Counted from the first letter of the stretch, positions 47,037-57,236 are shown. The stretch: 64,000 nucleotides of DNA from Candidatus Poribacteria bacterium (GCA_012270795.1 JAAXHO010000197.1:41813-105812); one strand, 5' to 3'. Notes: generated by a model not told the origin, from the letters alone. Translations and numbers: made by a program.

Positions 47037-50000
47037 TTACTTTGTGTCAGATTCAGGGGGCGGCCCATTGAGTGCATTTGAAACCAAGACGAGATCGGCA
47101 AGATCAACAATTCCATCTTTATTTACATCTGCGCTGTTATCTTTACCGACCTGTCCAAGACGGGATGCAACGAATTCAAGGTCTGCAGCATCTAACTGCC
47201 AGTCGCGGTTTGCATCTTCTGGGATACGTGGTGGTTCAACGATCCATGCACGATCAGCAATCGGGCGCGAATTTTTACCGTCTCTGTGTGTAAGAACAGC
47301 ATCTGTTAGTGTCAAAGTTACGTCAGTGCGTATTAGTACTTCAAAAGTGACGGTAGCGATTGTGCCATTGTCTATGGTGGAATTGGCAGTCGCGTTGCCT
47401 GTGAGTGTGATGGAATTTTCTGCTACGACTGGGGGTGGAGTTTTCCAGTTTCTTGATTTTTGGTTGCCTTCGGTGTTAGGAATATATCGGAGTGCTGTTG
47501 CATCATACTTCAACTTGAATTGGTATCCTGTGACATTTTGCCCATCGGTCATGTTAATGTTAAAGGTCAATTGTTTGCCTGTGGGTGGAGATTGGACAGA
47601 GAGAGGGGTGATGTTTAGGCGCGTGTCAGGTTTTGATTTCATTTGCCATAAAAGCACAGTGCCGTCTGTGCTACCACTCACAAGCGTTGTGCCGTCCGGT
47701 GAAAACGCAAGCGAGGTGACCGGAAGTGTATGGTTGGTTGGGATGGTCCGACTTTCTCCCGTTTCTACATCCCAAATTTTAATAATCCAATTGTAATTTG
47801 ATAGAACTATAGCTGCGAGTGTGGTGCCATCCGGTGAAAACATCATAGAGTTTGGTTTTATTGAGCTGACTTTGAAGGTCGATTTAAGTTTACTAGTACT
47901 TGTTTCCCGAAGTTTGATGGAGGCTTCACTGTAGTGGGCGAATGTATTCCCATCAGGTGAGAATGCAACTGAGGGCACTGAATGGGTATTCTCTGTAAAT
48001 GCAGCGAATTGTTCACCAGTTTTTATATGCCATAATCGGATCGTCATATCGGGTTTTTCAACATCCTGATTTGGTCTACTTATACCTGCAAGTGTATTGC
48101 CATCCGGCGAGAATGTGGTGGAAGTAATATACCCTGTGGGGACCCAGAGAGTTGCTTTATGTTCTCCAGTATGCGTCCTTAACAGTGGCATTGAAGGACC
48201 TCTTGAACTGGCAAAAGTTTCACCATCCGGAGCAAACGCTAAAGCATGCACATTTTTTGAACTAAAGATTCGTTTGTGTTGTTGGGTTTGGATATTCCAT
48301 AAGAAAGTCCCCTCACGCCAACTGTTACTTGCCAGTGTTCGGTTGTCTGGTAAAAACAAAACGGACGAAATAGGGGATTCATGACCTTTGAGTATTCCTT
48401 TGTGTTGTCGGTTTTGCAGATCCCATAACTGAATTGTCCTATCGTGGACATATTCATCTTCACTTGCGGTAGCAAGGATGGTATTATCCGGGGAAACAGC
48501 AACAGAAGTGACTGCTGTAGTATGTCCTTTAAGGATAAGGCGTGTTTCTCTGGTTTTCACGTCCCATAAACGTATTTCCCCGCGAATACCTGCACTTGCA
48601 AGGGTTTTTCCATCAGGTGAAAACGCGACCGAATAAAGCATTTCTGTGTGTCCTTCTAATGTCGCTATGATATTGCCCGTATCTGCATCCCAGAGGCGAA
48701 CGGTTTTGTCAAGGCTTACGCTCGCAAGGGTTTGCCCATCATTAGAGAACTCCATACCAACACGGGCACCTCCCTTATAGTATGATGTCGTAGCCCCATT
48801 ATCCGCAAACCTTACGGAAGCAACCGGGGCTGTGTGTCCTATGAGTTTATTTTGTAGTTCTTCAGTGTGTGCGTTCAATATTTGAATTGCCTTTGCGTCC
48901 TCGTTCCGTCCTAACATTACAGTGGCGCGTCGTGTACCATCCGGTGAATTAATGTAGTTGGAACCAGGCATTGAGTATAACCAACGCCATTTCTTATCAA
49001 GTGTTTTGGAATCTCTATCAATGGATTTTAGATATTTGCCAGTGTGCGGATCCCATACCATTATGATTTCGTAAGATGACCCCGAGTTTTCATTCCGACT
49101 CCTCGCAGCAAGCGTTCTGCCGTCTGGTGAAAATGCTATGGCTTTGATTCTTGCCTCGTTATTGAGGATCTTTAGCAATTCGCCTGTATGCGGATTCCAC
49201 AAGCGCATGGTGCGATCATAACTACCACTCGCAAGGAGATCGCCATAAGGAGAAATGGCTATACACGTAACAGGTTTCGTATGTCCTGCTAATAGAGCAA
49301 GTTCCTTACCAGTGGTCGCGTCATAAATCCAAATACCTGCAGAACCGCCTACCATGATCCACTTGTTATCTGGGGAAAACATTATATCATTGACAGTTCC
49401 TTTTCCTAATCGAGCTTTTGCCTCTTTCGGCAGCGAAAATTGGGTGTGATCTGCTGCAGCGTCCGACCATGGCGGTGCAACAACGGAACCCCTCACAACG
49501 ATAGGACTAGCGAGGCTGCCATCCCCCTTTTCAAGCCGTACTCTCGGTAGGTTGAGGGTTGAAGGTTTCGTTGCAATGACTTCAAACGTAACACTTGCAA
49601 GCGTGCCATCGCCATTGCTGGGTTCTGCAGTAGTTTTTGATACAAGTTTCACACGATTTGGATACACGTCTTTGGTGGAAAAAGATGCATCTGTGGAAAG
49701 ATAATCCCCTTTTTCACTTGAAACATAGCGGAGGGCAGTGGTATCAAAATCCATCGTGACCTGATATCCTTTAACGTTCTTTGCACCAACAACATTAACG
49801 TTTAATTTGAGCTTTTCACCTAGGGCAGGGGATTGAATTGGAGAGGGTGATATACGAACAATGGCATTCGTATCAACAAAAGGTGTTGCGTCCCAGAAAA
49901 TGACAGTGCCATCAAGACTGCTGCTAATGAGGGTTTCATCAGTAGTGGAGAATATCAGTGAAATTATTTCGGCTGTGTGCCCAACTAAAGTATCTCTGTG

Positions 50001-50159
50001 ATATCCAGTTGCTGTATTCCACAGTCGAATGGTACGATCCTTACTTCCACTTGCAAGTGTTTTGCCATCAGTAGAAAATGCTAACACACTGATGCTAGCT
50101 GAAACTCTTTGTGTCCGATGCCGAAAATTGATGTGTAAGTGCCCGTTTTTAAATTCCAT
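47037..50159 (-). CDS. Giant WD40-repeat protein with two cohesin-like beta-sandwich modules and a C-terminal dockerin; probably the C-terminal ~1040 aa of a longer frameshifted gene
   Basis: Many WD repeats (GHT..V.S.AFSPDG..LAS.S.D.T..LW). Two ~130-aa modules (…GYQVTMDFDTTALRYVSSEKGDYLS…, …GYQFKLKYDATALRYIP…) are homologous to one in the 51734 gene. The C-terminal DANRDWQLDAADLEFV...DVNKDGIVDLADLVLV is dockerin type I-like. Confidence 0.75.
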   Translation of the reverse strand: MEFKNGHLHINFRHRTQRVSASISVLAFSTDGKTLASGSKDRTIRLWNTATGYHRDTLVGHTAEIISLIFSTTDETLISSSLDGTVIFWDATPFVDTNAIVRISPSPIQSPALGEKLKLNVNVVGAKNVKGYQVTMDFDTTALRYVSSEKGDYLSTDASFSTKDVYPNRVKLVSKTTAEPSNGDGTLASVTFEVIATKPSTLNLPRVRLEKGDGSLASPIVVRGSVVAPPWSDAAADHTQFSLPKEAKARLGKGTVNDIMFSPDNKWIMVGGSAGIWIYDATTGKELALLAGHTKPVTCIAISPYGDLLASGSYDRTMRLWNPHTGELLKILNNEARIKAIAFSPDGRTLAARSRNENSGSSYEIIMVWDPHTGKYLKSIDRDSKTLDKKWRWLYSMPGSNYINSPDGTRRATVMLGRNEDAKAIQILNAHTEELQNKLIGHTAPVASVRFADNGATTSYYKGGARVGMEFSNDGQTLASVSLDKTVRLWDADTGNIIATLEGHTEMLYSVAFSPDGKTLASAGIRGEIRLWDVKTRETRLILKGHTTAVTSVAVSPDNTILATASEDEYVHDRTIQLWDLQNRQHKGILKGHESPISSVLFLPDNRTLASNSWREGTFLWNIQTQQHKRIFSSKNVHALAFAPDGETFASSRGPSMPLLRTHTGEHKATLWVPTGYITSTTFSPDGNTLAGISRPNQDVEKPDMTIRLWHIKTGEQFAAFTENTHSVPSVAFSPDGNTFAHYSEASIKLRETSTSKLKSTFKVSSIKPNSMMFSPDGTTLAAIVLSNYNWIIKIWDVETGESRTIPTNHTLPVTSLAFSPDGTTLVSGSTDGTVLLWQMKSKPDTRLNITPLSVQSPPTGKQLTFNINMTDGQNVTGYQFKLKYDATALRYIPNTEGNQKSRNWKTPPPVVAENSITLTGNATANSTIDNGTIATVTFEVLIRTDVTLTLTDAVLTHRDGKNSRPIADRAWIVEPPRIPEDANRDWQLDAADLEFVASRLGQVGKDNSADVNKDGIVDLADLVLVSNALNGPPPESDTK

Positions 50160-51737
50160 AGGTGGACTTTACCATAGTTGGTTCCGCTTGCAAGCATTGA
50201 GTTGTCTGGTGAGAATGCTAATACTTCTGTGAATCTATCTTTTTTGGAAATGGTTGCTTTATGTTGTGCAGTAACAGTGTCCCACAACTGAATGCTAGAG
50301 TCCCTACCCATCGTAGCAAGCATGCTACCATCTTCAGAGAATACCATCAAGGTAACAGGGTCTGTATGCTTTTTCAGGATTGCTTTTTGTTTACCTGTCT
50401 GTGTATCCCACAATTCCACTGCACCATCCCTTTTGCCCAAGGCAAGTATTGTTTCATCTGGCGACAATGTTCTTGAATAGGCACTCCTTGTTGAAATAAC
50501 TTCATCAACGGTTAGTGTGCCTTCTTTTAGAAGTGTCCCTGTGCGCGCATCCCACAATAGATGTTCTTTCGCACTTTTGCTTGAGAACGTTACTCCATCT
50601 TGTGAAAAGGCAATAGAGGTAATTTCTTCTGTATGTTCAGTAAGACTTGCTTTCTGTTTGAAAGTATCAACATCCCACAACTGTATTTCTCTATTTCCTG
50701 TTGTTGTAAGTGTCTTGTTATCTGGAGACAGTGCTATAAGCGGCATGTATAGTGTATGAAAAAGTGTGCTTTTATATTGGTCTGTTTGTGCATCCCAGAA
50801 CCGAATTGTCCCGTCAGCACTGCCAGATGTAAGTACACCTCTGTCTGGTGAAAATGTTAAAGTGGTAATACTTTCAGTATGTCCAGCAAGTGTTTCCAAT
50901 AGTGTACCTGTTTTTGGGTTCCATAGTCGTATTGTATTGTCCCATCCGCCACTGGCAAGTATTACACCATTTGGAGAGAATGCGACTGCATTGATACTTC
51001 TGGTATGTTCTGTGAGTGTCTCTAATAGTTTACCTGTTTTTGGGTTCCACAGGTGAATTGTATTGTCCCATCCACCACTGGCAAGTATTGCTCCATCTGG
51101 TAAGAATGCGACTGCAGAAATTGGTTTTTTATTCCCAGTGAGGATTCCCTTGCTACTTCCTGACGGAACGTCCCACAATCGAATTGTTCCGTCTGTATTT
51201 CCACGTGCCAGCATCTTTCCATCCGGCGAATACGCAAGAGCATTGCGATTGCCATTGTGTTCTGTAATCTTATTTTTCCGTTTGAGTGTATCCGCATCCC
51301 ACAACTGAATGTGATGACCTACGATTGCTATTGTTTTGCCATCTGGCGAAAACGTTACTGTACTCATATTTCCTGTGAGAGTGGTTTTATGTTTCCCAGT
51401 TTTAGGATTCCATAGTCGGACTGTTCTATCATAACTTGCACTTGCAAGAGTCTCACCATCTGGTGAAAACGCAACTGCCGTTACTGGCTGCGTGTGTCCT
51501 GTTAATGAAGAAAAGTTCTTCCCATGTATGTGCATCATATAACCATGTCCCGATATAAGTTCCTACTGCAAGCAGTTTACCATCAGGCGAATACGCCATA
51601 TCAGTGATCTGTCCTCTACCGATACGCGCGATGGCATTTTCAGGGAGTGCCCATTGAGACGAATCTTCAGCAAAACCATTTGATAAACAGACAAAAGATA
51701 ACAGCAATGTGGCAAATAGAACACTTATAGTTTTCAT
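50081..51737 (-). pseudogene. N-terminal part (signal peptide + WD40 repeats) of the same giant WD40 gene, broken by single-base frameshifts at ~51527 and ~50100-50125
   Basis: ORF 51453-51737 (signal peptide ...LYDAHTWEEL...) and ORF 50081-51538 (MMHIHGKNFSSLTGHTQ...) join as ...LYDAHTGKNFSSLTGHTQPV if one T is removed (aca[t]ggg). ORF 50081-51538 ends ...GIGHKEFQLASVC*, while the overlapping frame gives HRTQRVSASISVLAFSTDGK, which is the start of ORF 47037-50159. Confidence 0.6.
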
Positions 51738-54346
51738 TTTTTCGTCGTTTCACTACTATTGACTGTGGCACGCAAACGTTTTCCCTCTTTGTCTGAGAGA
51801 ATTAAGTTAGCGATATTCAAGGGTAGTGGTTTATCAGTGACAACCTCATACGTTACGGTTGCAAGTGTGCCGTTCCCGTTACCTACTCCTGTGATTGCAG
51901 TAGATACAAGTGTCACCTGATTTTTCTCAACAATAGGTTTCGCAAAGAATGCGTCTTCGGACAAATAGTCGCCCTTGTTGCTGGAAATGTATCGGAGTGC
52001 ACTTGCATCATATTGAACAGTTATATGATAACCAGCAACATTTTCACCACCCTCAATTTCAATATTAAACGTCAAATGTTTTCCAATTGTTGGAGATGCT
52101 ACCGACGAAGGTGTTATTTTTGCGATCACGTTTTCGTCAACAATCGGAATTGGCTTCCATAACACAACTGTTTGATCATAACCTGCACTTGCAAGCATGT
52201 TGCCATCTCCGGTAAACGCTAACGAAGTGATACGCCGACTGTGCCCTTTTAAAGTTGCTTTGTGTTGCCGGAAACCGACATCCCACACCTCAATTTGGTA
52301 CCCACTGGTACTTGCAAGGAGTGTGCCATCTGGCGAAAACGCTAACGCGTTCACATCACCCCACGAACTTTCTTTAGGCATCAAACTATTTTCACCTGTT
52401 GCGGTATCCCACAATTGAACTGTACTATCCCTTTCACCACCCCCACTTGCAAGGAGTGTACCATCTGGCGAAAACGCTAAGGCGGTTACACGCGAAGTAT
52501 GCCCTATATACGTGGTTTTTAGCTTTTTTGTGCGCGTGTCCCACAGATCAATTGTAGCGTTTCCTTTGCTACCACTGGTCGCGAGAGTTTCTCCATCTGG
52601 CGAAAACGCAAAGGCAGAAACACCATACGGGTGATCTTTAAGGATGCTGTCGTATTTTTTTGTCTTTATATTCCACAATTGAATCCCTCGTATGTTCGTA
52701 TAGCGGAAAGAATTTACACTGGCGAGTGTTAAACCGTCATAAGAGAAAACTACTGCATTTACTGGAGAGACTCCATCAGCTGAATCCGGTTGTTCCTTAA
52801 GTGTCTCAAGGTGTAGGTTGGTTTTTGTACTCCATAATCGCACCGTTCCATCCTTGCTGGCACTTGCGATCATTTTTCCATCAGTTGAGAACGCTATGTC
52901 ATTGATGGCGGCTGAATGTCCTTTAAGACTTGCGCGGTATTTGCCTGTGTTTCCATCAAATAACCAGATTCTGGCATCTCCGATTCCGCATGCCAGCATG
53001 CCGTCCCCATTGGAGGCAACAAAGGCGGGTTGATAGGCTTGTCCGAAGTTACTTCTATATGGTATTGTCCCTGTCTCTTTTCCTGTAGAGATATTCCATA
53101 ACAGAATTACTTGTCCATAATCGCGCGGGTCTTTATCAAGTCTACTACTCATCATTGCAAATGTTTGACCATCAGGTGAGAAGCGAAGTGTGTTTACATT
53201 AGCATTGATAGCAAGTGTTGCAACTTTGTTTCCTCTAATTGTTTCCCAGAGTTGAATGCTGCCCTTTTCTTGATTTTCTTGAGCTGCAAGTATTCTGCCA
53301 TCCGCTGACAACGCTGTAGGAAAGAAACGTCCATCGGTATCGGTAAGAATAGTGGTGCGTTGTCGTCCGGTGCGCGTATCCCATATCTGAATTTCTGGGG
53401 AATTCTCTAAACGGCAAATTAGTATTTCGCTATTTTGTGAAAACGATTCATAAGTTGAAGTTTGATTCAGATCGCTTTCAAGAATAGCAAGTTCCTTCCG
53501 GGTGGCTGCATCCCACAAAACTGTTTTGTTTTGATCTTTACTTACGAAACGCGTCCCGTTGGGTGACAAGTGCAAGCTGCGGTAGGTGTCCTTTAAGTCA
53601 ATTCGCTTGCCTTCTCCGGTTTCTGTATTCCAAGAACGGTAAGTTCCATCTGTGCTGCTACTTATGAGTGTGATGTTGTCTGGAGCATAGACGAGTCGGG
53701 TGATCCATCCTGTATCGGTTACAGGAATTGTCTTAATGGATTTTCCAGTGATAACATCCCAAATCTGGACTGTGCCATCTGTAGATATTTTGGGTTGAGA
53801 TTCAACTAAATCTGACCAGCGGGTGGCTAAACCGCCGCTACCACGTCGCTCCGATGGGACCTTCCCACTTGCACCTGTTGCAAGTTTTTTACTGTCTGGT
53901 GAAAATGCTAAGACATTGGTATTACCTAAATGCCCCGTAAGTGTCGCACGATGTTCAAAAGTATGAGCATCCCACAATCGGACTGTCTTATCAAGGCTAC
54001 CGCTTGCGATGGTTTTTCCATCTGGTGAAAACATTACAGAAGTGATTGAGTCCGTATGTCCAGTAAGTAAAGCGAGTTCGTCCCCTGTGTGTGCATCGTG
54101 AATCCAAATTCCGATTATTGGACTAACAACAGCAAGCCGCGTGCCATCCGGTGAAAATACGAAATTAGGTTCTACTTGTCTATCACCGCGATACACTACT
54201 TGTCTATCACCACCATAACTGATACGCATTTTTGCACCTTCAGGCAATGCCCGAAGAGGTGGTGATGGACCGCTACCGAAAACTATCGGTAGCAATGTTA
54301 TTGAGATCATCAATAGAGATAGGGTAAAAAATGTTAACTTTTTCAT
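51734..54346 (-). CDS. Secreted WD40-repeat protein with a C-terminal cohesin-like module
   Basis: Signal peptide, ~14+ WD repeats, and a C-terminal module ...NVAGYHITVQYDASALRYISSNKGDYLS...GNGNGTLATVTYEVV... homologous to those in 47037-50159. Confidence 0.8.
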   Translation of the reverse strand: MKKLTFFTLSLLMISITLLPIVFGSGPSPPLRALPEGAKMRISYGGDRQVVYRGDRQVEPNFVFSPDGTRLAVVSPIIGIWIHDAHTGDELALLTGHTDSITSVMFSPDGKTIASGSLDKTVRLWDAHTFEHRATLTGHLGNTNVLAFSPDSKKLATGASGKVPSERRGSGGLATRWSDLVESQPKISTDGTVQIWDVITGKSIKTIPVTDTGWITRLVYAPDNITLISSSTDGTYRSWNTETGEGKRIDLKDTYRSLHLSPNGTRFVSKDQNKTVLWDAATRKELAILESDLNQTSTYESFSQNSEILICRLENSPEIQIWDTRTGRQRTTILTDTDGRFFPTALSADGRILAAQENQEKGSIQLWETIRGNKVATLAINANVNTLRFSPDGQTFAMMSSRLDKDPRDYGQVILLWNISTGKETGTIPYRSNFGQAYQPAFVASNGDGMLACGIGDARIWLFDGNTGKYRASLKGHSAAINDIAFSTDGKMIASASKDGTVRLWSTKTNLHLETLKEQPDSADGVSPVNAVVFSYDGLTLASVNSFRYTNIRGIQLWNIKTKKYDSILKDHPYGVSAFAFSPDGETLATSGSKGNATIDLWDTRTKKLKTTYIGHTSRVTALAFSPDGTLLASGGGERDSTVQLWDTATGENSLMPKESSWGDVNALAFSPDGTLLASTSGYQIEVWDVGFRQHKATLKGHSRRITSLAFTGDGNMLASAGYDQTVVLWKPIPIVDENVIAKITPSSVASPTIGKHLTFNIEIEGGENVAGYHITVQYDASALRYISSNKGDYLSEDAFFAKPIVEKNQVTLVSTAITGVGNGNGTLATVTYEVVTDKPLPLNIANLILSDKEGKRLRATVNSSETTKK

Positions 54347-54430
54347 TAGAATATCCGAGGGTATTGGTTAAATAATACCATTTCTATTAAATTTTCTCTC
54401 ATTACCGGCTGTTAGAAATGAAACGTAGAA

Positions 54431-54492
54431 CTGCACAAACTGGAAGTTTATGCTACAAAAAAGAGGCATTTTCTATTAGAAATGATATAATG
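54431..54492. promoter_or_regulatory. Conserved upstream element (CACAAACTGGAAGTTTATG palindrome + CATTTCTAAT box), ~85 nt upstream of the WD40 gene at 54346
   Basis: ctgcacaaactggaagtttatgctacaaaaaagaggcattttctattagaaatgatataatg. Compare 46549-46608. Confidence 0.5.
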
Positions 54493-54551
54493 ATGTATGA
54501 ATTAATTGTAGCATAGTTTCAGCATTTTTTCATTGTAAATTATATCGTGAG

Positions 54552-54760
54552 CAGAGGCATTCAATTGTCAGAATGTACTCTTGCGGAATCTCGAATTTCG
54601 CAGAAGACGCAGAAAAGACTGCTGCATCATGATCTTTTGCTAAGAAAAACAATTATCCTTATCAAGACGTTTTCTTGTGGTATCTTTTCCGTGCATTCCG
54701 TGAAATCCGCAATTCTGAACCCAAGTCCGCAAAACCCGACAATTGAATGCCTCTGATCCT
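54552..54760. repeat. MITE-like element with 19-bp terminal inverted repeats (GCAGAGGCATTCAATTGTC), same TIR family as 26341-26478
   Basis: gagcagaggcattcaattgtcag ... cccgacaattgaatgcctctgatcc. The 69-codon ORF 54547-54756 lies wholly inside it and is probably not a gene. Confidence 0.7.
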
Positions 54761-54912
54761 AAAGTTATTTACTGTTGACAGAAAAATGGTTTTTGTGTAT
54801 AATCGTCTATAATACTTAGGGTTTTACAATCATGGGGGTTAAGACATTCCATGCTTGTAGTAATATAATTTTTGGCACGTATATTAAGAAAGTGTGAAAA
54901 GGAGAAAATTAC

Positions 54913-55581
54913 GTGAATAGGATACCTATTATATTTGTTGTTATTATGGTTGTACTTATAGGGTTTAGTGCTTTTGCAGGAACTACACAAGATTTAGGAA
55001 AATGGGAAAAGGGTGAATTGCTCCTTGAAAACTACAGTTTTGAAGATGGTTTAGCAGCGTGGAACTTAGAAGACGGGACGTGTTGTGAGAGAGGGGGACA
55101 GTATACGTGGGAGATTGATGATGACAATTCGCAACATGGAGAACAATGTCTTAAGGTTGTTGGTCTCATAGCGACTGGGACGGCTTGGCATGCGAAGATT
55201 ACACAACAGTCTGTTTCAATGAAAAGCGGGGGGATGTATACCATAATTTTTTGGTCGCGCGCTGAAGAACCGCGCGATGTGAATATAAATATTCAACTAC
55301 AGATGGATCCTTGGACAACCTTTCATGGTCAAGGTAAAACCTTTAATTTAACGACAGACTGGGTAGAATATTCATTCACTTTTACTGCAAACACAGATGT
55401 TGACAAGCAGATGTGGGTCGGTTTAGCGATCGCACAATCGGATGTTGATTTCTGGCTTGATAACTTCCGTTACTTTGAAGGTGAACCGGAAGATGATATG
55501 ACGCTTGAAGAGGTGCTGCCTGTTGATGCCAAAGAAAAGTTAGCAACGCAATGGGCATCTGTGAAGTCGGGTCGTTTCTAA
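54913..55581 (+). CDS. Secreted carbohydrate-binding-module-like protein (CBM4/9-type jelly roll)
   Basis: Signal peptide, then ENYSFEDGLAAWNLEDG...WHAKITQQSVSMKSGGMYTIIFWSRAEEP...FWLDNFRY, resembling CBM_4_9 domains. Confidence 0.55.
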   Translation: MNRIPIIFVVIMVVLIGFSAFAGTTQDLGKWEKGELLLENYSFEDGLAAWNLEDGTCCERGGQYTWEIDDDNSQHGEQCLKVVGLIATGTAWHAKITQQSVSMKSGGMYTIIFWSRAEEPRDVNINIQLQMDPWTTFHGQGKTFNLTTDWVEYSFTFTANTDVDKQMWVGLAIAQSDVDFWLDNFRYFEGEPEDDMTLEEVLPVDAKEKLATQWASVKSGRF

Positions 55582-55648
55582 ACATTTGTGGTAATATACG
55601 GCACGTTGGCTCGACCGTGTCGTATTACCACCTAAAACATTTTCGGCA

Positions 55649-56287
55649 TTACTCAATAATGACTCTTCTAAACGTTAACGATACACGCCGTCCCCGTTGA
55701 TATTTTTTCCCATCCCAAAGATCTGATTTTCTCGGTGCAATACCGTGCAACCACTCATATCTCGCTTCACCACTTAGAACAACAAGACTCCTTGGTGCCA
55801 GCCAGGCTGGTATCTTTTGCGTCTTATCATCTTTGTTTGTGAAATCCATGATACAACCCGAACCTAAACTCAAAGAAACAATCGTGTCCTTGAAACATGG
55901 CTCACAATCAATGTGTCCTGCTATGCCTTGCCCTGGTTTATATTCATTGATGATAACTTGATCCGCTGTTTCAGGCATGTGACCATCTTCGCGTAATTCT
56001 ACGCTTAACTTTTCCAACCAATCTGGTAAATCACCAATAAGCATATCACGGTTCACTTTCCGCGCTTTGTAATCATACTTAAAACCGTAATGCTGAACTC
56101 TACGTTTTAGGTCATCAAGCCACGTTTGTTCGTCAATTTTCGCCATTAACCGATTATGTTGATATTCGGTTATATAGTCTGATATATACTTTAATCCCTT
56201 GATTACATCACGCGCTTTTTGATTCTGTGGAATAAGTTGTGGTTTAGGAGTTTGTTGTTCTATTGTTGAAAATAGTTCTAATTGCAT
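55649..56287 (-). CDS. AlkB-family Fe(II)/2-oxoglutarate dioxygenase (ALKBH-like), copy 1
   Basis: IINEYKPGQGIAGHIDCE (HxD), IVSLSLGSGCIMDF, LVVLSGEARYEWLHGI (His), and RVSLTFRRV (Arg pair) align with the E. coli AlkB core (INRYAPGAKLSLHQDKDE / IVSVSLGLP / ESRLFYHGI / RYNLTFRQ). A 60% identical paralog lies at 57766-58401. Confidence 0.8.
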   Translation of the reverse strand: MQLELFSTIEQQTPKPQLIPQNQKARDVIKGLKYISDYITEYQHNRLMAKIDEQTWLDDLKRRVQHYGFKYDYKARKVNRDMLIGDLPDWLEKLSVELREDGHMPETADQVIINEYKPGQGIAGHIDCEPCFKDTIVSLSLGSGCIMDFTNKDDKTQKIPAWLAPRSLVVLSGEARYEWLHGIAPRKSDLWDGKKYQRGRRVSLTFRRVIIE

Positions 56288-56311
56288 GGTTGATACTCCA
56301 TTGAATACTTA

Positions 56312-57236
56312 TTAATCGGAATTGTTCTTAAAAGAAAAGTTGTTAAAACTGTCGTAGGATACTATGGTAAAATGCATTTCTCCTAATATAGTTTCATACC
56401 TCAAACGTTCCTTTTTAGTAGAATCTTGGTCAGAAAAACCTGATAGAGCAAATATAGAATTAGGTCTAATTACCCAGGACTTGAGATAACACCAGTTTTC
56501 TTGAAATTCTGTACGAACGGGATTTTGATATACGAAACAAATCTTATACTTTTCGTACTCATTTACAACACGATTGATAACTCCGATCAGACTGTCCAAC
56601 TTCTCGTTGTCGTCAAATGTATGACTCGCAAGAATATAGCAAAAGTTCAATATAATTAACGCATTATTAGGATTCCCTATTTCAACACGTTCTAAATAAG
56701 GAGGTAATTGTACAAAGTCCGTTAAGAAGTGTTCTTTCTCAAAGAATGGTCGATGAGTGTCTTGGAACAATCCATTTCGATTGATATCCTTTGCTTTTTT
56801 TAGCATTGCTTCAGACCTATCTATACCTATATAAGTGATGTTCGTGTGACTTGAAGTTGCCCAAAATGCAATGCCTGAAGTCAACGGACCACAACCAAAG
56901 TCAATAAATACAATTTTTTCCTTCATATATGGTAAGAGATGTTTTGTATAAATATGATAACTGCTGTATAGGTGCATAGGCATATAATAAACACAATAGA
57001 GTAGAACCTTATCTTCTGTCTGGAGATAGCCCATTAAATTGTTCATCAAAATCCGTTCTGCCACGGTCCAAAATTGTGTTTCTATGGTAACCCTCGTTTC
57101 TACTCCTAACAACATCTTTCCATGCTTGAGTCGGGGGGTGATTATTAAATGGATTTATAATTAATTCTTCAAACAGATTCTTTAGGTCTTCACTTGGCCG
57201 ATAATGATTAACATTAAAACGTTGTATATAAGACAT
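56312..57236 (-). pseudogene. Class I SAM-dependent methyltransferase of unknown specificity, apparently frameshifted (ORFs 57009-57236 and 56312-57115 overlap in different frames)
   Basis: Motif I IVFIDFGCGPLTSG, with acidic residue YIGIDRSEAM. The N-terminal 75-codon ORF overlaps the body ORF by ~105 nt in another frame, consistent with one indel. Confidence 0.55.

Noticed and set aside
54547-54756. A 69-codon ORF in the WD40 upstream region
   Set aside because: It lies entirely inside the MITE bounded by the GCAGAGGCATTCAATTGTC terminal inverted repeats. No RBS or homology.
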